Below are positions 13,265 to 25,904 of a DNA stretch of 64,000 nucleotides, in pieces; positions within the stretch are counted from its first letter, which is position 1; the number at the start of each line of letters is the position of its first letter. Both the position numbers and the translations under genes were made by a program. Source of the stretch: Macrostomum hystrix (taxonomy: Eukaryota; Animalia; Platyhelminthes); assembly GCA_950097015.1 (NCBI GenBank), contig CATNEN010000039.1, forward strand, positions 4,340,001 through 4,404,000. The letters run 5' to 3'. Below the pieces are notes generated by a model, which made no database searches, was not told the DNA's origin, and saw only the letters and a list, made by a program, of their open reading frames with translations.

Positions 13265-13679
13265 ACCAAGCGGAGCTGGTCAAGCCGAGCACCAGGCCGC
13301 TGTTGAACGCGAATTTCAAGCCGCTATGCAATTCTACAGTCGGGGCGGCGGCGGCGGCGTTGGCGGTGGCACTGCGTTTCCCCTGGCACCTTCTGATTAC
13401 GTGTCTCCAGACGAACGCCTCCGACTATGTCAGGAGCCCATTGTGCCCTACAAGCCCTCCGCGTCGACTGCCCAAACGAAGCCGCAGCAACACCAGCAGT
13501 CGTCGTCGACAAAATCAACCACCTCTGTTTCGACGACGAAGTATCGTCGTCCTTCGAAGGACGGCGCCGTCCAGACCGACCTGTCGTTGCCGCTGCCAGC
13601 TTGGTCGCCAAGACCGACGCCCCTGACTGCCTTATTGGGCGCAGCGGCCATGGAAGCTCCAGCGAGCAGTCTTCAGCAT

Positions 13680-13712
<33 letters not shown>

Positions 13713-13924
13713 CCGCCGCTGCGTCGATCTAGCAGCTTTGTCGACTTGACTTCGTCGACTAAGCCGGCAGTCGCCGATCCCGGCAGGCCGCCGCCGATCA
13801 GGCGACCCCGAACTCCGCCGGCTTCAATCCTGCGGCAGCGCCCGGCTTCGGCGGCTGCAGGCGCTCGGCCGGCCCAGCGCGGGCCAGTCTGGGGCGGAGA
13901 CGAACGGAGCATCACCGCCATGGC
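13265..13924 (+). CDS. C7orf31/SPMIP4-like, exon 2 (low complexity, polyQ)
   Basis: Acceptor ttttaacag; open frame includes ORF 13326-13928; donor gc|gtgagt; phase matches exon 3. Confidence 0.75.
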
Positions 13925-14029
13925 GTGAGTGTGCAGCTGTGCCTTTGAGTCTATTTTGAGCTATTTCTCATGGTGAGATTTCCTAATTTGGTTTCAGATT
14001 GAGGGGAGTTTTTAGGACTGATTTATATT

Positions 14030-14732
14030 TTGGTTTTAGATTTTGAGACTAGGTTTTTGGAGTGAGATTTTTATTACTATTTTCTTTTTGGGGTGAGATT
14101 TTGAGACTGGGTTTTATTGAGAGTTAGACTAGGTATCATTTTTAGGTGAGATTTTGAGGCAGCTTTTTGTGGTTAGACTTTAAGACTGGGTTTCATTTTG
14201 AGGTGGGATTTTGAGACTGAGTTTCATTTAATGTGAGATTTGGAGACTGAGTTTCATTTTGAGGTGGGATTTTGAGACTGAGTTTCATTTTGAGGTGGGA
14301 TTTTGAGACTGAGTTTCATTTAATGTGAGATTTTGAGACTGAGTTTCATTTTGAGGTGGGATTTTGAGACTGAGTTTCATTTTGAGGTGGGATTTTGAGA
14401 CTGAGTTTCATTTTGAGGTGGGATTTTGAGACTGAGTTTCATTTTGTGGTGGGATTTTGAGACTGAGTTTCATTTTGAGGTGGGATTTTGAGACTGAGTT
14501 TCATTTTGAGGTGGGATTTTGAGACTGAGTTTCATTTAATGTGAGATTTTGAGACTGAGTTTCATTTAATGTGAGATTTTGAGACTGAGTTTCATTTAAT
14601 GTGAGATTTTGAGACTGAGTTTCATTTTGTGGTGGGATTTTGAGACTGAGTTTCATTTTGAGGTGAGATTTTGAGACTGAGTTTCATTTTGAGGTGGGAT
14701 TTTGAGACTGAGTTTCATTTTGTGGTGGGATT
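14030..14732. repeat. 31-bp minisatellite (gagactgagtttcattttgaggtgggatttt)
   Basis: Tandem array in intron 2, degenerate at its 5' side. Confidence 0.95.
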
Positions 14733-15504
14733 TGAATCCAGTAATTTAAGATTTTTGCAGTTTCAATTTTGGCCAAAATATACATGTTTTGTTGCAGTGA
14801 AGGAACCCGTTGTGTTTAAAATCTTATGTTGTCCCTCTGTCGGGCCAGTTAATTTTGTACCCGCCTTGTAAGTCGCCGTCCGTCTGTGAAATGGTGGGCG
14901 GCTTTCAGGCTACATAGAAAGCTTTTTTACTCAACTCCACCGCTGCCTGCTGAATTATTAGCGATAGGGATGATTGAGAGGCTGTGAACCTCACTCCGGC
15001 TGTCTCTGACTCCATTTAGTCATAAAACAAGCTTCCCTGTCGTTCTGTTGTCATGGCAACAATTTTCCCCACCAGCCTTTGCTCATCCTACCCCTCCGTG
15101 CTGTCTCATGAATGGCTATTCCAGAGAGTCCTGCGTAATTTATGTGTATATAAATGCAGAACATAAAAATGCGCATCTGTCTGTAGGGCCTTTGTGTTTA
15201 GCATCAATCCTTTCTATCTTTCTAATCTGGTTGTCATGGCAACTAAAGTGTCTCTGCCGCCGTTGGAAACCTCGGCGAAATCGAAGCGATCTCAACGCGC
15301 CCCCTCCGGGGGTGGCAGCGTGGCCACCTGCCTGATTGACTGCACAGTCGAGCTGGGGTAGGAAGCTGAGCGTCTTCATCATCTTCAACTTCTGACTTGT
15401 TTTATTTTTTTTTAATGAAGACAAGCTTCTCCTGTCACTTATCTTTGATTTTTTTCTGGACTTGCCATTTGCTTCTTCTCTGCGTCTCTCACACTCTCAC
15501 TCTC

Positions 15505-17176
15505 AGCCATTCTCTCGACTCCTGCAATTCTTTCTACCACTGCCATTCTTTCTACCCCTGCTATTCTTTCTACCACTCCCATTCTTTCTACCCCTGCCAT
15601 TCTTTCTACCCCTGCTATTCTTTCTACCACTCCCATTCTTTCTACCCCTGCCATTCTTTCTACCCCTGCTATTCTTTCTACCACTCCCATTCTTTCTACC
15701 CCTGCCATTCTTTCTACCCCTGCTATTCTTTCTACCACTCCCATTCTTTCTACCCCTGCCATTCTTTCTACCCCTGCTATTCTTTCTACCACTCCCATTC
15801 TTTCTACCCCTGCCATTCTTTCTACCCCTGCTATTCTTTCTACCACTCCCATTCTTTCTACCACTGCCATTCTTTCTACCACTGCCATTCTTTCTACCAC
15901 TGCCATTCTTTCTACCACTGCCTTTCTTTCTACCCCTGCTATTCTTTCTACCACTGCCTTTCTTTCTACCACTGCCATTCTTTCTACCACTGCCTTTCTT
16001 TCTACCCCTGCCATTCTTTCTACCACTGCCATTCTTTCGACTCCTGCCATTCTTTCTATCCCTGCCATTCTTTCTACCCCTGCCATTCTTTCTACCCCTG
16101 CCATTCTTTCTATCCCTGCCATTCTTTCTACCCCTGCTATTCTTTCTACCACTCCCATTCTTTCTATCCCTGCCATTCTTTCTACCCCTGCCATTCTTTC
16201 TACCACTGCCATTCTTTCTACCACTGCCATTCTTTCTACCCCTGCTATTCTTTCTACCCCTGCTATTCTTTCTACCACTGCCTTTCTTTCTACCACTGCC
16301 ATTCTTTCTACCCCTGCTATTCTTTCTACCACTCCCATTCTTTCTACCACTGCCTTTCTTTCTACCACTGCCATTCTTTCTACCACTGCCATTCTTTCTA
16401 CCACTGCCTTTCTTTCTACCCCTGCCATTCTTTCTACCACTGCCATTCTTTCGACTCCTGCAATTCTTTCTACCACTGCCATTCTTTCGACTCCTGCCAT
16501 TCTTTCTATCCCTGCCATTCTTTCTACCCCTGCCATTCTTTCTACCACTGCCATTCTTTCTACCACTGCCATTCTTTCTACCCCTGCTATTCTTTCTACC
16601 ACTGCCATTCTTTCTATCCCTGCTATTCTTTCTACCCCTGCCATTCTTTCGACTCCTGCCAATCCCTCAACTCCTGCCATTCTTTCTACCCCTGCCATTC
16701 TTTCTACCCCTGCCATTCTTTCTATCCCTGCCATTCTTTCTACCCCTGCTATTCTTTCTACCACTCCCATTCTTTCTATCCCTGCCATTCTTTCTACCCC
16801 TGCCATTCTTTCTACCCCTGCCATTCTTTCTACCACTGCCATTCTTTCTACCCCTGCTATTCTTTCTACCACTCCCATTCTTTCTACCACTGCCTTTCTT
16901 TCTACCCCTGCCATTCTTTCTACCACTGCCATTCTTTCGACTCCTGCAATTCTTTCTACCACTGCCATTCTTTCGACTCCTGCCATTCTTTCTATCCCTG
17001 CCATTCTTTCTACCCCTGCCATTCTTTCTATCACTGCCATTCTTTCTACCACTGCCATTCTTTCTACCCCTGCTATTCTTTCTACCCCTGCCATTCTTTC
17101 GACTCCTGCCAATCCCTCAACTCCTGCCATTCTTTCTACCCCTGCCATTCTTTCTACTCCTGCCATTCTTTCTACC
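15505..17176. repeat. 18-bp pyrimidine-rich minisatellite (ctgccattctttctaccc)
   Basis: About 90 copies; source of the spurious 575-605 aa ORFs. Confidence 0.97.
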
Positions 17177-17503
17177 TGTTATTTTTAGCCTCTATCAAGC
17201 ATTCTGTGAATTGATTTATTAGTTTTACGAGTGTTTTTTGATAGTTTGATAGAAGCGTAAGGAAATATTTTAGTTGCTATGTCGACAGTTTTTCGGCATG
17301 AAAATGAAGAATCTGTTTGCGCATTGTTTGCACATTTTACATTTTATATTCAGTTTTACATTTTTACATTTTATATTCAGTTTTACATTTTTACCTTTAT
17401 GATCGAACAAGTGCACATGGTACTGCTTACACTGAATCAACCTAGTAGTATGTTCCGCAGCAGTTCAAGTCTTCTATCAGGAAATTGTTTTGAATTCACA
17501 CAG

Positions 17504-17605
17504 AGACCCACCGGCCCAGCAGTTATACGACCTAACTCAGCTGCGTCGGAGCAATCTGCGTCTCAACGACGAACTTGGCCCTGACCCCACAAAGGTGTAC
17601 ATGGG
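17504..17605 (+). CDS. SPMIP4: C7orf31/SPMIP4-like, exon 3
   Basis: DPPAQQLYDLTQLRRSNLRLND resembles recalled C7orf31 [20 protein letters not shown]; cag acceptor and gg|gtgagg donor. Confidence 0.8.
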
Positions 17606-17646
17606 GTGAGGCACTGTTAGAGTTCTATTTGTATTGTATTTTAAAT

Positions 17647-18021
17647 CAGGGGTCGGCAACCTTATATACCCCGCGGGCTAAAGAGAGAATCTTAAAGACG
17701 ACGGCGGGCCGCATGAAGAAAGGGGAGAGATTAGACACATGAGAGATCAGACATGTGAGAGATCAGACAGGTGAGAGATGAGACGGAAGAGATGAGACAG
17801 GAGAGAGATGAGACAGGGGAGAGGTGAGACGGGAGAGGTGAGACGGGAGAGGTGAGACAGGGGAGAGATGAGACAGGGGAGAGATGAGACAAGGGAGAGA
17901 TGAGACAGGGGAGAGATGAGATAGGGTGTACTGTAGAGTAGGTGTTAGGAGGAGCTAAGGGCCGGATTTGGGAGCTTCGAGGGCCGCATCTGGCCAGAGG
18001 GCCGGAGGTTGCCGACCCCTG
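17647..18021. mobile_element. hAT MITE, second copy of the 3757 family
   Basis: TIRs caggggtcggcaacc...ggttgccgacccctg; 8-bp TSD ttttaaat at 17639-17646 and 18022-18029; internal gagagatgagac repeats. Confidence 0.92.
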
Positions 18022-18069
18022 TTTTAAATTATGGCTCTCTGCAATCTGGCGCTCCATTCCCGCCCTCAG

Positions 18070-18298
18070 AGACCGCCTGGTTGACCGGCCTTACCCGGCC
18101 GAGCACCCGTTCTCCAGCCACCAGCCGCGCAAGTCGCTGTTTCCCAGGTTCGCGCCGCCGCAGCCAGGCAGCGAGCCGGCCCACCCGGACCGGCTGGAAA
18201 TGGTTGAACGAGCCGGCTCCGGACAGTGGCGTCACGAGATCTTTCACCTGGGCGGACCTCCGAGACAGCTGGTCTGGCCCGGCGACAACTTTAATCAG
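18070..18298 (+). CDS. SPMIP4: C7orf31/SPMIP4-like, exon 4
   Basis: RPYPAEHPFSSHQPRKSLFPRF..QLVWPG resembles recalled [22 protein letters not shown]..LTWPG; canonical splice sites. Confidence 0.85.
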
Positions 18299-18329
18299 GT
18301 GCGAGACTGCTACCTGCAGATTGTGGTGA

Positions 18330-18686
18330 AAGAGGGCATAGACAGTGTTGAAAGGGCATAGACAGTGAGGAGAGGGTGTAGACAGTGAGGAGAGGGTGTA
18401 GACAGTGAGGAGAGGGTGTAGACAGTGAGGAGAGGGTGTAGCAGTGAGGAGAGGGTGTAGACAGTGAGGAGAGGGTGTAGACAGTGAGGAGAAGGTGTAG
18501 ACAGTGAGGAGAAGGTGTAGACAGTGAGGAGAAGGTGTAGACAGTGAGGAGAGGGTGTAGACAGTGAGGAGAAGGTGTAGACAGTGAGGAGAAGGTGTAG
18601 ACAGTGAGGAGAAGGTGTAGACAGTGAGGAGAAGGTGTAGACAGTGAGGAGAAGGTGTAGACAGTGAGTAGAGGGTGTAGACAGTG
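18330..18686. repeat. 20-bp minisatellite (gacagtgaggagagggtgta)
   Basis: Tandem array starting about 30 bp after the exon 4 donor. Confidence 0.95.
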
Positions 18687-19004
18687 GAATTCTAAATATA
18701 ACCCCCAGTTCCAGTCGAGACCGTCGAGTTCCATTGTCTAGCAGGCACAGGCTAACTGCACAGGCTAGTCTGGCCTTGTTATTTTTAATTCATACCTGTC
18801 AGCCATTCACGCCAGCCAGTTCTGCCTTGGGATGCTAGGCTGGTAGTGTCCCTTTGATGTTAGCCGCTAGCTCCGACATGACCTTCTCCCTCTGGCCTGC
18901 TCCGCCTCTAGGGATTCAACCGCGGCCTCCCTAATCCCTGACCCGCTGACTGTGTAGCTTTGCCCTTCTGCTTGCTTCGCACAACTCGAGAGCATTTTTC
19001 AGTC

Positions 19005-19425
19005 TAACTCTCTCAGTCCACTTCTGACTCTCTCAGTCCACTTCTGACTCTCTCAGTCCACCTCTGACTCTCTCAGTCCACCTCTGACTCTCTCAGTCCA
19101 CCTCTGACTCTCTCAGTCCACCTCTGATTCTCTCAGTCCACCTCTGACTTTCTCAGTCCACTTCTGATTCTTTCATTCTGGTTTTCTTATTTCTTGATCC
19201 CTCCATATCTCACCCTGCAAATCTCACCCTCCCTCTGCTTATCTCACCCTCCCTCTGCTTATCTCACCCTCCCTCTGCGTATCTCACCCTCCCTCTGCTT
19301 ATCTCACCCTCCCTCTGCTTATCTCACCCTCCCTCTGCGTATCTCACCCTCCCTCTGCGTATCTCACCCTCCCTCTGCTTATCTCACCCTCCCTCTGCTT
19401 ATCTCACCCTCCCTCTGCATATCTC
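19005..19425. repeat. Two adjacent 20-bp pyrimidine-rich minisatellites (ctctctcagtccacctctga; atctcaccctccctctgctt)
   Basis: Tandem arrays at ~19005-19170 and ~19205-19425. Confidence 0.9.
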
Positions 19426-19984
19426 ATGTGCATAGTCCACACCTCTTAATATAAAGTTTTGTAGAAGGGTATGCTATGAACAGGCCATATTATGTGGTTT
19501 TCAGTTGTTCCACACTAGACACACAACTGATAGCTAATAACTATAAAAATTGCACCGGTTTTGTGCAGATAACAGTCTGCTGGGCATTGTGCGTGTATAT
19601 CTCTACTACACGGCTCTTGTGTCCACTGTCCCTCAGTTTCAAGGGGGGTGAAGTGTGCGATGTAAGCTAAGAGAGGGTAACAGAGAGGACACAGCAGGAA
19701 CAAATAGAGCCAGTCTGAATTTGACAGCACTGCATCAATCAGCAACAGCTGGTGTCCTTTCAATGTTGCAGACTAAAACTCGAACCTTCTCTCTGCCGTC
19801 CCCAAGGCCACTGTCCCACCTTTGTGAGGCCCGTGCTTTTATAGAATTGATCACTGGATATACGGCTGGCACTTGCTAGATTTGTTCTTTCTCCTCTTTG
19901 AAATGTCTTTGTATACCACCCTTGCTACTCCACTTTTTCATGTCGCCGATTTTTTCCCGACTGTTCCAACCTTATCCTATCTTG

Positions 19985-21300
19985 ATCTTTCTCCTCCTTT
20001 CACTCTTTCTCCTCCTTTCACTCTTTCTCCCCCATTCACTCTTTCTCCTCCTTTCACTCTTTCTCCCCCATTCACTCTTTCTCCCCCATTCACTCTTTCT
20101 CCCCCTTTCAATCTTTCTCCTCCTTTCACTCTTTCTCCCCCATTCACTCTTTCTCCTCCTTTCACTCTTTCTCCCCCATTCACTCTTTCTCCTCCTTTCA
20201 CTCTTTCTCCCCCATTCACTCTTTCTCCCCCATTTACTCTTTCTCCTCCTTTCACTCTTTCTCCCCCATTCACTCTTTCTCCCCCATTTACTCTTTCTCC
20301 TCCTTTCACTCTTTCTCCCCCATTCACTCTTTCTCCTCCTTTCACTCTTTCTCCCCCATTCACTCTTTCTCCCCATTCACTCTTTCTCCCCCTTTCAATC
20401 TTTCTCCTCCTTTCACTCTTTCTCCCCCATTCACTCTTTCTCCTCCTTTCACTCTTTCTCCCCCATTCACTCTTTCTCCTCCTTTCACTCTTTCTCCCCC
20501 ATTCACTCTTTCTCCCCCATTTACTCTTTCTCCTCCTTTCACTCTTTCTCCCCCATTCACTCTTTCTCCCCCATTCACTCTTTCTCCCCCATTTACTCGT
20601 TCTCCTCCTTTCAATCTTTCTCCTCCTTTCAATCTTTCTCCTCCTTTCAATCTTTCTCCTCCTTTCAATCTTTCTCCTCCTTTCACTCTTTCTCCCCCAT
20701 TCACTCTTTCTCCTCCTTTCACTTTTTCTCCTCCTTTCATTCTTTCTCCTCCTTTTATTCTTTCTCCTCTTGTCTCTCTCCCCTCTTATTCTCTTTCTGG
20801 CCTACCCGAAAAATCTGCAACTTTAAATAAATCACAGAGCTTTACTTCTTCCCCGCGTCAGTGTCCAGCATTGGAGGTGCTTTCTTGTCTCTCATTCTCT
20901 CTGTCTCTTTCTCCCCTACTTTCTCCTCCCTTTCACTCTCTTTCTCCCCTACTGTCTCCTCCCTTTCACTCTCTTTCTCCCCTACTGTCTCCCCTTCACT
21001 CTTCTTCTCCTTTACTTTCTCTTTCCCTTCAATTCCTTTCTTCCCTACTCTCTCCCCTTCAATATCTTTATCCCCTTCTTTCCTACTCCCTCTCTCTTTC
21101 TTTCCTACTCCCTCTCTCTTTCTTTCCTACTCCCTCTCTCTTTCTTTCCTACTCCCTCTTTCTTTCCTACTCCCTCTCTCTTTCTTTCCTACTCCCTCTC
21201 TCTTTCTTCCCTACTCCCTCTCTCTTTCTTTCCTACTCCCTCTCTCTTTCTTTCCTACTCCCTCTCTCTTTCTTCCCTACTCGGTCGTTCTCTCCTTCTT
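19985..21300. repeat. 18-bp (ctctttctcctcctttca) and ~22-bp (cctactccctctctctttcttt) pyrimidine minisatellites
   Basis: Tandem arrays at ~19985-20770 and ~20890-21300. Confidence 0.92.
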
Positions 21301-21989
21301 TACTACTTTCCCTGTTATCGCAGTGTTGTTTCTAATCTGCTCCCACTCTCCGTTTGAACTTAGTTTTGATTTCTGATTGCGCTGAAGATAGCAGAATATA
21401 AAATCCAACAGACATACTTTCACTCATAAAATTAGGCCTCCGTATACATTTCTGCGGATCCCCACTAAACTTTAAGAGGATAAGATGCGTTTTCGAAGGC
21501 GAAGCAGCCTTGCGCACTCAGCTGGTTTCGTCGGAAATAAACTTCAACTGCATCCACTTTATTAATTCGAAAGCAAAACACAGCGATGCATTTTTCGGTT
21601 CGATGGTTGATCCTCGGAGTTTTTTTTTGATATGCCATCCCCACACTTCCCCTCCCTCATGTGCTTCTGGTGGCTACGCTTGACGTTCTTTAGTTTTTAC
21701 TTTACACACAGAACAAACAGAATGAAAAGTAGGAATTTACAGTTACTACCTGTGTGTATAAGTACGAGCATAATTATTGTTATGCTTGTTATGACCGCTG
21801 CAGTCGGCGTACTGCATTAACTACCCGTAGTTATAAGGCTGGCTGCATGTGAAATTATGCATGCATCTTAGCACCTATGCTAACTAGGCAGCACTCCTCA
21901 GTTTTCACTTTCTCCGCCTCTGCATCTCCTCCTTGCTCACTCTCTGCCCTCTATCTATCCTTTCTCATCCCCCCTCTCTCCTGATTCCT

Positions 21990-23155
21990 CACTCTCCCCC
22001 TCTATCTCAGCTAATTTCTCCCTCTCCCCCCTCTATCTCAGCTAGTTTCTCCCTCTCCCCCCTCTATCTCAGCTAATTTCTCCCTCTCCCCCCTCTATCT
22101 CAGCTAGTTTCTCCCTCTCCCCCCTCTATCTCAGCTAGTTTCTCCCTCTCCCCCCTCTATCTCAGCTAGTTTCTCCCTCTCCCCCCTCTATCTCAGCTAA
22201 TTTCTCCCTCTCCCCCCCTCTATCTCAGCTAGTTTCTCCCTCTCCCCCCTCTATCTCAGCTAGTTTCTCCCTCTCCCCCCTCTATCTCAGCTAATTTCTC
22301 CCTCTCCCCCTCTTATCTCAGCTAGTTTCTCCCTCTCCCCCCTCTTATCTCAGCTAATTTCTCCCTCTCCCCCTCTTATCTCAGCTAGTTTCTCCCTCTC
22401 CCCCTCTTATCTCAGCTAATTTCTCCCTCTCCCCCTCTTATCTCAGCTAATTTATCCCTCTCTCTCCCTCTATCTCAGCTAGTTTCTCCCTCTCCCCCCT
22501 CTATCTCAGCTAATTTCTCCCTCTCCCCCTCTTATCTCAGCTAATTTATCCCTCTCTCTCCCTCTATCTCAGCTAATTTCTCCCTCTCCCCCTCTTATCT
22601 CAGCTAGTTTCTCCCTCTCCCCCCTCTTATCTCAGCTAATTTCTCCCTCTCCCCCTCTTATCTCAGCTAGTTTCTCCCTCTCCCCCTCTTATCTCAGCTA
22701 ATTTCTCCCTCTCCCCCCTATATCTCAGCTAATTTCTTCCTCTCCCCCCCTCTATCTCAGCTAATTTCTCCCTCTCTCTCCCTATATCTCAGCTAATTTC
22801 TCCCTCTCCCCCCTATATCTCAGCTAATTTCTCCCTCTCCCCCCTCTATCTCAGCTAATTTCTCCCTCTCTCTCCCTATATCTCAGCTAATTTCTCCCTC
22901 TCCCCCCTATATCTCAGCTAATTTCTCCCTCTCCCCCCTATATGTCAGCTAATTTCTCCCTCTCTCTCCCTATATCTCAGCTAATTTCTCCCTCTCCCCC
23001 CCTATATCTCAGCTAATTTCTCCCTCTCCCCCCTCTATCTCAGCTAATTTCTCCCTCCCCCCTCTATCTCAGCTAATTTCTCCCTCTCTCTCTCCCTATA
23101 TCTTAGCTAATTTCTCCCTCCCCCCCTCTATCGCAGCTAATCTCTCACTCTCTCC
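21990..23155. repeat. ~30-bp minisatellite (ctatctcagctaatttctccctctcccccct)
   Basis: Tandem array in intron 4. Confidence 0.95.
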
Positions 23156-23266
23156 CCTTGGGCTAAGATTCGAACCCCCGACCTTTGAGCGAGAAGTCCA
23201 CTTCCTGATCGAACCGCGACCGAGTTCTCAACTTCTCATTTCCCCTGCCTCCCACTGATGCTCCAG

Positions 23267-23536
23267 GTGCCCAAGTTGTCCCGGCAGTACCGTCAGCCTG
23301 TGTACTACCCGGTACCGCCGCAAACGCTGGGTGCCAACGCGGCCATGGCCCCCGACCCGTCCGCCGACCCGTCCGCCGTTGACACCCTGCGCAACCTGGA
23401 GCGCGACCACTGGCGCAGTCAGTACTCGCGCAGTTTCACAGGCTGCGGCCAGGAATTCCCGGTTGGCCTGACCGACTGGCAGCAGAAGCAGACCGACGTG
23501 CTGCGAGGGGACATTGCCAGCTCAAGGAGTGGACTG
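23267..23536 (+). CDS. SPMIP4: C7orf31/SPMIP4-like, exon 5
   Basis: QPVYYPVPPQTLGAN..LRNLERDHWRSQYSRSFTG resembles recalled PVFYPKPPKTFAPN..RNLERSHWLTSYTHDFTG; ccag acceptor and ctg|gtgagt donor. Confidence 0.88.
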
Positions 23537-23806
23537 GTGAGTGTGCTCCGACTGGAAAACGATTAGATGCAGTGTGTTAGACACAGCGTATTAATACAGA
23601 GAGTGTGTCAGATACAGTGAGTCAGATACAGCGAGTGTGTCAGATACAGTGAGTCAGATACAGCGAGTGTGTTAGATACGGGGTGTTCGGTGGTCGGCGC
23701 AATGTGCTAGACTTAGTTTGTTAGACACTGCTTAGATCTGATGCTTCACTGCGAGCGTTTAAATTAAATTTAAACTTTAAATACTTTTGTATTTCTGTCT
23801 CCATAG

Positions 23807-24063
23807 CAACAGTTGGCGCTTCGGTCGTTCGAGCCGCCGCGGCCGCAGGAGGGCCGCATCGCTCGACGCCTTGCCGCTGGAGAATTCGAACCTGCGCTGC
23901 CTAGCAACAGTCGTCAGGCGGCTGAGCACCGGAGGCCGGAGACGGAGCGGGAGCGTTCGGAACGCTGGCTGCTGGAGGGCCGCGAGTACCGCAACCTGCC
24001 CGACAGCTGGGACGCCCTGGTGCATCAGCAGCAGTGGCGGGCTGCCAGCCGTGCCAGCAGCAG
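23807..24063 (+). CDS. SPMIP4: C7orf31/SPMIP4-like, exon 6
   Basis: FEPPRPQEGRIARRL resembles recalled FKPPRPLEGRIARL. The weak donor ag|gtccga was chosen for phase compatibility with exon 7. Confidence 0.75.
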
Positions 24064-24199
24064 GTCCGATTTCCATCCACATCCTGTTTCTGTATCTCCC
24101 AAAATATTCAACCGATCGACATGAAAGTCCACAACGCGGGCTAAAATTTTCCGCTCCATCTGATGAAACAACTTCCAGAATCACAATACATTCTGAATG

Positions 24200-24530
24200 G
24201 GGGTGAGTGGCAGAGCGGTCTAACACGTCTGCCTCTCGCACCAAGGTCCCTGAGCTCGATTCCGCGGCGAGGCCGCATTCATTTGGAGCTTGTCGTGCAA
24301 TTTACGCCCTTGAGGGCCAACCTCCGTGGCACAGTGAGAGTGTACACTGCCTGACGATGAGAAAGTCGGGGCAGATGTACACACCTGTGTGAGTGTGTGC
24401 CTGCGTACAGTATCCGTGTGCTTGCGGGCTCTGGAGTCCACTGAGAAAGCCAGCGAAATGGGCAGAATTGCCTCCTCGCTGGCTGCGGGCCTAGTGCCAC
24501 CAAATGATGCACCATTGCCCGCAACCCGGC
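24200..24530 (+). mobile_element. tRNA-derived SINE family A, most complete copy
   Basis: A box tggcagagcgg and B box gctcgattcc; body shared with copies at 7150, 44472 and 54750-55312. Confidence 0.8.
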
Positions 24531-24811
24531 CCTGCTCCGCGATATTCCACGATTATTGTCGGGGGGGGGGGTCTGGTGGCAAAAAACTGCAATATAGGCA
24601 TAGTTTATCGATTTTAAGAGGCAGAAAATGTTGACTAATTCAGTAAACTTTTGCTAAAATTGGTCATTCGGTTTGGGAGATATCGTAAAGATGACAGTGG
24701 GTATTTGAAATAGCCCAGCGTCTCTCCCCGGGGGGGATAGCGTGTTCTTTCTGCACTAAAATGAGCTCACGGATATAAAACTATTTATTCCACTTTAAAA
24801 TATTTCGCTAG

Positions 24812-24940
24812 GCCCGAATCGCCCAATGGCGAAGATGGCAAACAGCGACTGGACAAAAACGATGACGTCACTGGCAGCAGAAGGGACGGTGGACAGGCCT
24901 GGGATAGGGAGCTGGAGAATCGCTACCAGGCCTACAGCAG
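24812..24940 (+). CDS. C7orf31/SPMIP4-like, exon 7
   Basis: ttcgctag acceptor; open frame PESPNGEDG..AWDRELENRYQAYS; ag|gtgagt donor; phase 2 at both ends. Confidence 0.7.
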
Positions 24941-25404
24941 GTGAGTACTGACTAGTGGCTCCCGCTTGTTTACCCTATATGTGTCGAAAAAGAGGAAACG
25001 TAATTTTAAAGACCAGGAAATAAAAAGCTCGCGACTTGCCTCGTGAAAATGTCCGATTTTTCCCCGCCAAATCACAGCTGAAGCAATTGAATTTGCCAGC
25101 CAAGCCAGCGCAGGGTTGTGGCCTCAGGGCGCGCCCCAGAAGAGGAGGGATTAACTTTTCTGCTGTTCCTCAGCAGCCGATGAGCTTTTTGTGTCTTTTT
25201 TATTCTATTTTATATTGAATTCTCTGAGAAAGCGTGTGTGTGTGTGCGTGTGTGCCAGCTGATTAGATTGTCGAGTTTGATGTCCTTGCAGAATCGTCAC
25301 TTCCCCATCTTTTTAGGGCCACTCTGCATTTTGTTGGCAGTTTTTTAAGAGTGCGTATGCAGACTGTAGAGTGTTGTTTAATGATCTAATTCTAACAGCT
25401 ACAA

Positions 25405-25838
25405 GCCAGTGTGACATTCTGAATAGCTGGCACAGTGACATTCTGAATAGCCGGCAGAGTGACATTCTGAATAGCCGGCAGAGTGACATTCTGAATAGCA
25501 GGCAGAGTGACATTGTGAATAGCTGGCAGAGTGACATTGTGAATAGCTGGCAGAGTGACATTGTGAATAGCTGGCAGAGTGACATTGTGAATAGCTGGCA
25601 GAGTGACATTGTGAATAGCAGGCAGTGACATTCGGAATAGCAGGCAGAGTGACATTCTGAATAGCCGGCAGAGTGACATTCTGAATAGCCGGCAGAGTGA
25701 CATTCTGAATAGCAGGCAGAGTGACATTGTGAATAGCCGGCAGAGTGACATTCTGAATAGCAGGCAGAGTGACATTGTGAATAGCAGGCAGAGTGACATT
25801 CGGAATAGCCGGCAGAGTGACATTCTGAATAGCTGGCA
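25405..25838. repeat. 24-bp minisatellite (gagtgacattctgaatagccggca)
   Basis: Tandem array in intron 7. Confidence 0.95.
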
Positions 25839-25904
25839 GTTTTAGGCTGGATGATGGCTGACAGTGTTCTATAACAAAATTCTGTGAACGAAATTCTATT
25901 TCAG

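Noticed and set aside
15397-17222. 575-605 aa ORFs in three frames
   Set aside because: Translations of an 18-bp intronic minisatellite.
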